A stretch of 29,023 nucleotides of DNA from NCBI GenBank assembly GCA_016840405.1, contig JAEOSK010000031.1, positions 1 through 29,023 of the forward strand, given 5' to 3'. Of this stretch, positions 26,849-29,023 are shown in pieces. A model generated the notes under the pieces. The model did no database searches. It saw only the letters and a program-made list of their open reading frames with translations, and was not told the origin of the DNA. The translations under genes were made by a program, and so were the position numbers. Source of the stretch: Candidatus Hermodarchaeum yapensis. Its GTDB lineage: Archaea > Asgardarchaeota > Hermodarchaeia > Hermodarchaeales > Hermodarchaeaceae. Every line of letters begins with the position of its first letter. Position 1 is the first letter of the stretch.

Positions 26849-28111
26849 TTGGTGTCAGAAAGGTGGGGGTTCATTAAAGACCCCTTGTATGGCTACGTGG
26901 CGATAACCCCAATCGAAAAGGATATTATTGATACGCGAGTCGTCCAGCGGTTACGCCGTTTACGGCAGTTAGCTGGTGCGGAATTTGTGTACCCGGGAGC
27001 TAATCATACGCGATTTGAACACAGTCTAGGGGCAATGCATCTGGCGGGATTATTAGCAGAAAGTATCACAGAAGATGAAATGGAGATTCAGTCATTACGC
27101 TTAGCTGCGCTTTTACATGATGTGGGTCATGGACCATTCAGCCATATTTTCGAGGAAATCTTAGCTAAACAGGATCGGAACCATGAAGACATTAGTACAT
27201 GGCTCATTCAGGAATCAGAGCTTGCTGACGTTTTAAAGGATGGAGGACTCGACCCTAAGAGTCTAAGCCGACTTGCTATCGGAAAATTAGAAGAAAAAAG
27301 TAAATTATATCAAAATCAGGTTATTCGCAGCTCTGTAGATGTAGATAAACTCGATTACATCGTGCGTGATTCCTTTCATACAGGCGCCGAATATGGTAGT
27401 GTCGATGTTTTTCGGCTAATTTATACAACTGAGCCCTTCCAAGGAAATTTAGCGGTCAACACAACAGCACTCACAACACTCGAAGCATTTTTGATTGCCC
27501 GGGTATTGAGTTTTCGAAGCATCTATTATCATCGCGTGTGTCGTGGTGTTCAGCGAATGTTAGCTGATGCCCTCGAATTAGCAGATGAAGAACTTGGATT
27601 CTCAACATTTACAGAGCCTGGTGAGTACTTGGATATGGACGACTATTCAACGTGGACACACCTTAAACAGTGTAAGGCATCTCGGTCAATAATGGAACGA
27701 CTTGAACGACGAGAACTACTCAAATGTGCTTACACTGTTGAATCAATTGTTCAAGACTACCCCACCATTGATTTATTAGATAAAGAAAGTGTTCGAAAAC
27801 AAATCGAAGCAGAAATCGCCAAAAAAGCCAAAGTCGATGTTGAAAAAGTGCAACTGGATTCGCCGCTTCTTCCATCAGTACCCTATCGCCATTCCTCGAA
27901 ATTGGACCCCATGGAGATACCAGGATTTGCCTATGTTGGTAAAAAGAAGATTGCCGTGGACCTTATTGAGCTATCAAGGGTAATTTCATCTCTTAAGGGC
28001 TATCTCGACATTGTTCGTGTTTATACAACAGCACCCCTCAGAAAGCGGGTAGGAAAAGCATCACAAGAAGTATTGGGAGGCACCCCTTACGTTTCAGGAA
28101 TTTCAATGTGA
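26849..28111 (+). CDS. HD-domain phosphohydrolase (SAMHD1/YdhJ-like)
   Basis: IKDPLYG, QRLRRLRQL, HTRFEHSLG, LHDVGHGPFSH, DVDKLDY..RD, YYH. Confidence 0.93.
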   Translation: MVSERWGFIKDPLYGYVAITPIEKDIIDTRVVQRLRRLRQLAGAEFVYPGANHTRFEHSLGAMHLAGLLAESITEDEMEIQSLRLAALLHDVGHGPFSHIFEEILAKQDRNHEDISTWLIQESELADVLKDGGLDPKSLSRLAIGKLEEKSKLYQNQVIRSSVDVDKLDYIVRDSFHTGAEYGSVDVFRLIYTTEPFQGNLAVNTTALTTLEAFLIARVLSFRSIYYHRVCRGVQRMLADALELADEELGFSTFTEPGEYLDMDDYSTWTHLKQCKASRSIMERLERRELLKCAYTVESIVQDYPTIDLLDKESVRKQIEAEIAKKAKVDVEKVQLDSPLLPSVPYRHSSKLDPMEIPGFAYVGKKKIAVDLIELSRVISSLKGYLDIVRVYTTAPLRKRVGKASQEVLGGTPYVSGISM

Positions 28112-28119
28112 GTGAAGGA

Positions 28120-29022
28120 TTAAAGAAAATCCGAGAGCTCCAATTGTCGACGCCGTTGGGGGATAATTTGTTTCACGTTTAATTTCTCAAGAACTGCTCC
28201 AAATGTAACGGTATCACCACAAGTTAGATAGACAGAACGTGGTTTTGCTATTTCGATATATTGTACTAATTGCTGAAAATCAGCATGCGCAGATAAAATG
28301 AAAGCCTTGTCAACTTTTTTCATTGGAAAAAGTTTTGCCCAGCCTGTTGTCACTGCACGACTAAATTGGTGGCCAGAAAGTGATCTTGGTTGATTCATAC
28401 GTTTAGATGAAAGGTAAACATAACCTCCTTGTCTCATCACTTCACGCCCTTCATCTGTTCGCTCATCAAAAAACTCGAGTGGTATGCCGTGCTGTTGGTA
28501 CACTTTGCTGACCTTTGCGATTGTTGGGTCCACGACGACCGGTGTGGTTAAAAACGTATTAACAATACGGATTACTTCCTGGGCTTTACCAGTAGCATAG
28601 ACTTGAAATGCGGGTATCTTTTGAGCTTTCAACTCGTGACTCGTCCATTCGGCAATTTCCGAATAGACCTGTTCCCGTGGAGGAAACACTGCATCAGGTC
28701 GTCCATATGTTGCTTCCATTAGTAGAACGTCGCAGGGGAGTGGACTTGCGCCTTTAGCAGTCATTGAAGAACGGAGGTTGAAGTCCCCAGTGTAAACGAG
28801 GCGAGCGCCATTTCTTTCTATTACAAATTGTGCTGCACCAAGCATATGACCTGCCGGGTGAATCTGTATTGAACCCTCTCCCGTGAGTGGGAGGCTTTGG
28901 CCAGGTACGATTGGTTGAACTTTTCGTGGTGTTGCTGCAAGAGCTTTGTAGAGTTCTAGGGTTTCCGGAGTTACGATTTTTTGGATGGAACTTCGAAATC
29001 CTGCGATGTGATCAGCATGGGC
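28120..29022 (-). CDS. Metallo-beta-lactamase / beta-CASP-like nuclease, 5'-truncated by window edge
   Basis: Frame continues to the edge with AHADH; AGHMLGA, YTGDF, EATYG, GKAQE, SAHAD. Confidence 0.9.
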   Translation of the reverse strand, partial: AHADHIAGFRSSIQKIVTPETLELYKALAATPRKVQPIVPGQSLPLTGEGSIQIHPAGHMLGAAQFVIERNGARLVYTGDFNLRSSMTAKGASPLPCDVLLMEATYGRPDAVFPPREQVYSEIAEWTSHELKAQKIPAFQVYATGKAQEVIRIVNTFLTTPVVVDPTIAKVSKVYQQHGIPLEFFDERTDEGREVMRQGGYVYLSSKRMNQPRSLSGHQFSRAVTTGWAKLFPMKKVDKAFILSAHADFQQLVQYIEIAKPRSVYLTCGDTVTFGAVLEKLNVKQIIPQRRRQLELSDFL

Positions 29023-29023
29023 A

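Noticed and set aside
3265-27983. Many short ORFs nested in or antisense to well-supported genes
   Set aside because: No motifs; shadow ORFs of confidently assigned CDSs.

Overview
Archaeal chromosomal DNA, most likely Asgard (Rab-like GTPase with RabF-like motifs, oversized LSU expansion segment, CxxC..CPxH zinc protein, Hef, Tsr3, BHB-intron tRNAs); the taxon is inferred. 1-~2845 is the 5' part of a minus-strand 23S rRNA gene with its own promoters and no upstream 16S. It carries a 322-nt ORF-less group I intron at L1931, two tiny bulge-helix-bulge (BHB) introns (39 and 33 nt) and a ~120-nt expansion segment. Then come: glycyl-radical activase, DmpA peptidase, AbrB-PhoU regulator, zinc protein and orphan N4C-type methylase (both apparently with non-canonical starts, ATA and ACG), Rab-like GTPase, Nth, an unexplained highly structured ~240-nt candidate ncRNA immediately upstream of RNase P RNA, Tsr3, NnrE/D, a solo IS607-type TnpB broken by one amber codon, two intron-containing tRNAs, IMPase, UPF0147/UPF0148, Hef, PRC-barrel, PUA-PAPS reductase-like, DUF2070, a 2-oxoacid:ferredoxin oxidoreductase operon, a PAC4-like protein, an HD hydrolase and a partial MBL nuclease. 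All family calls come from motifs read by eye; no searches were run.
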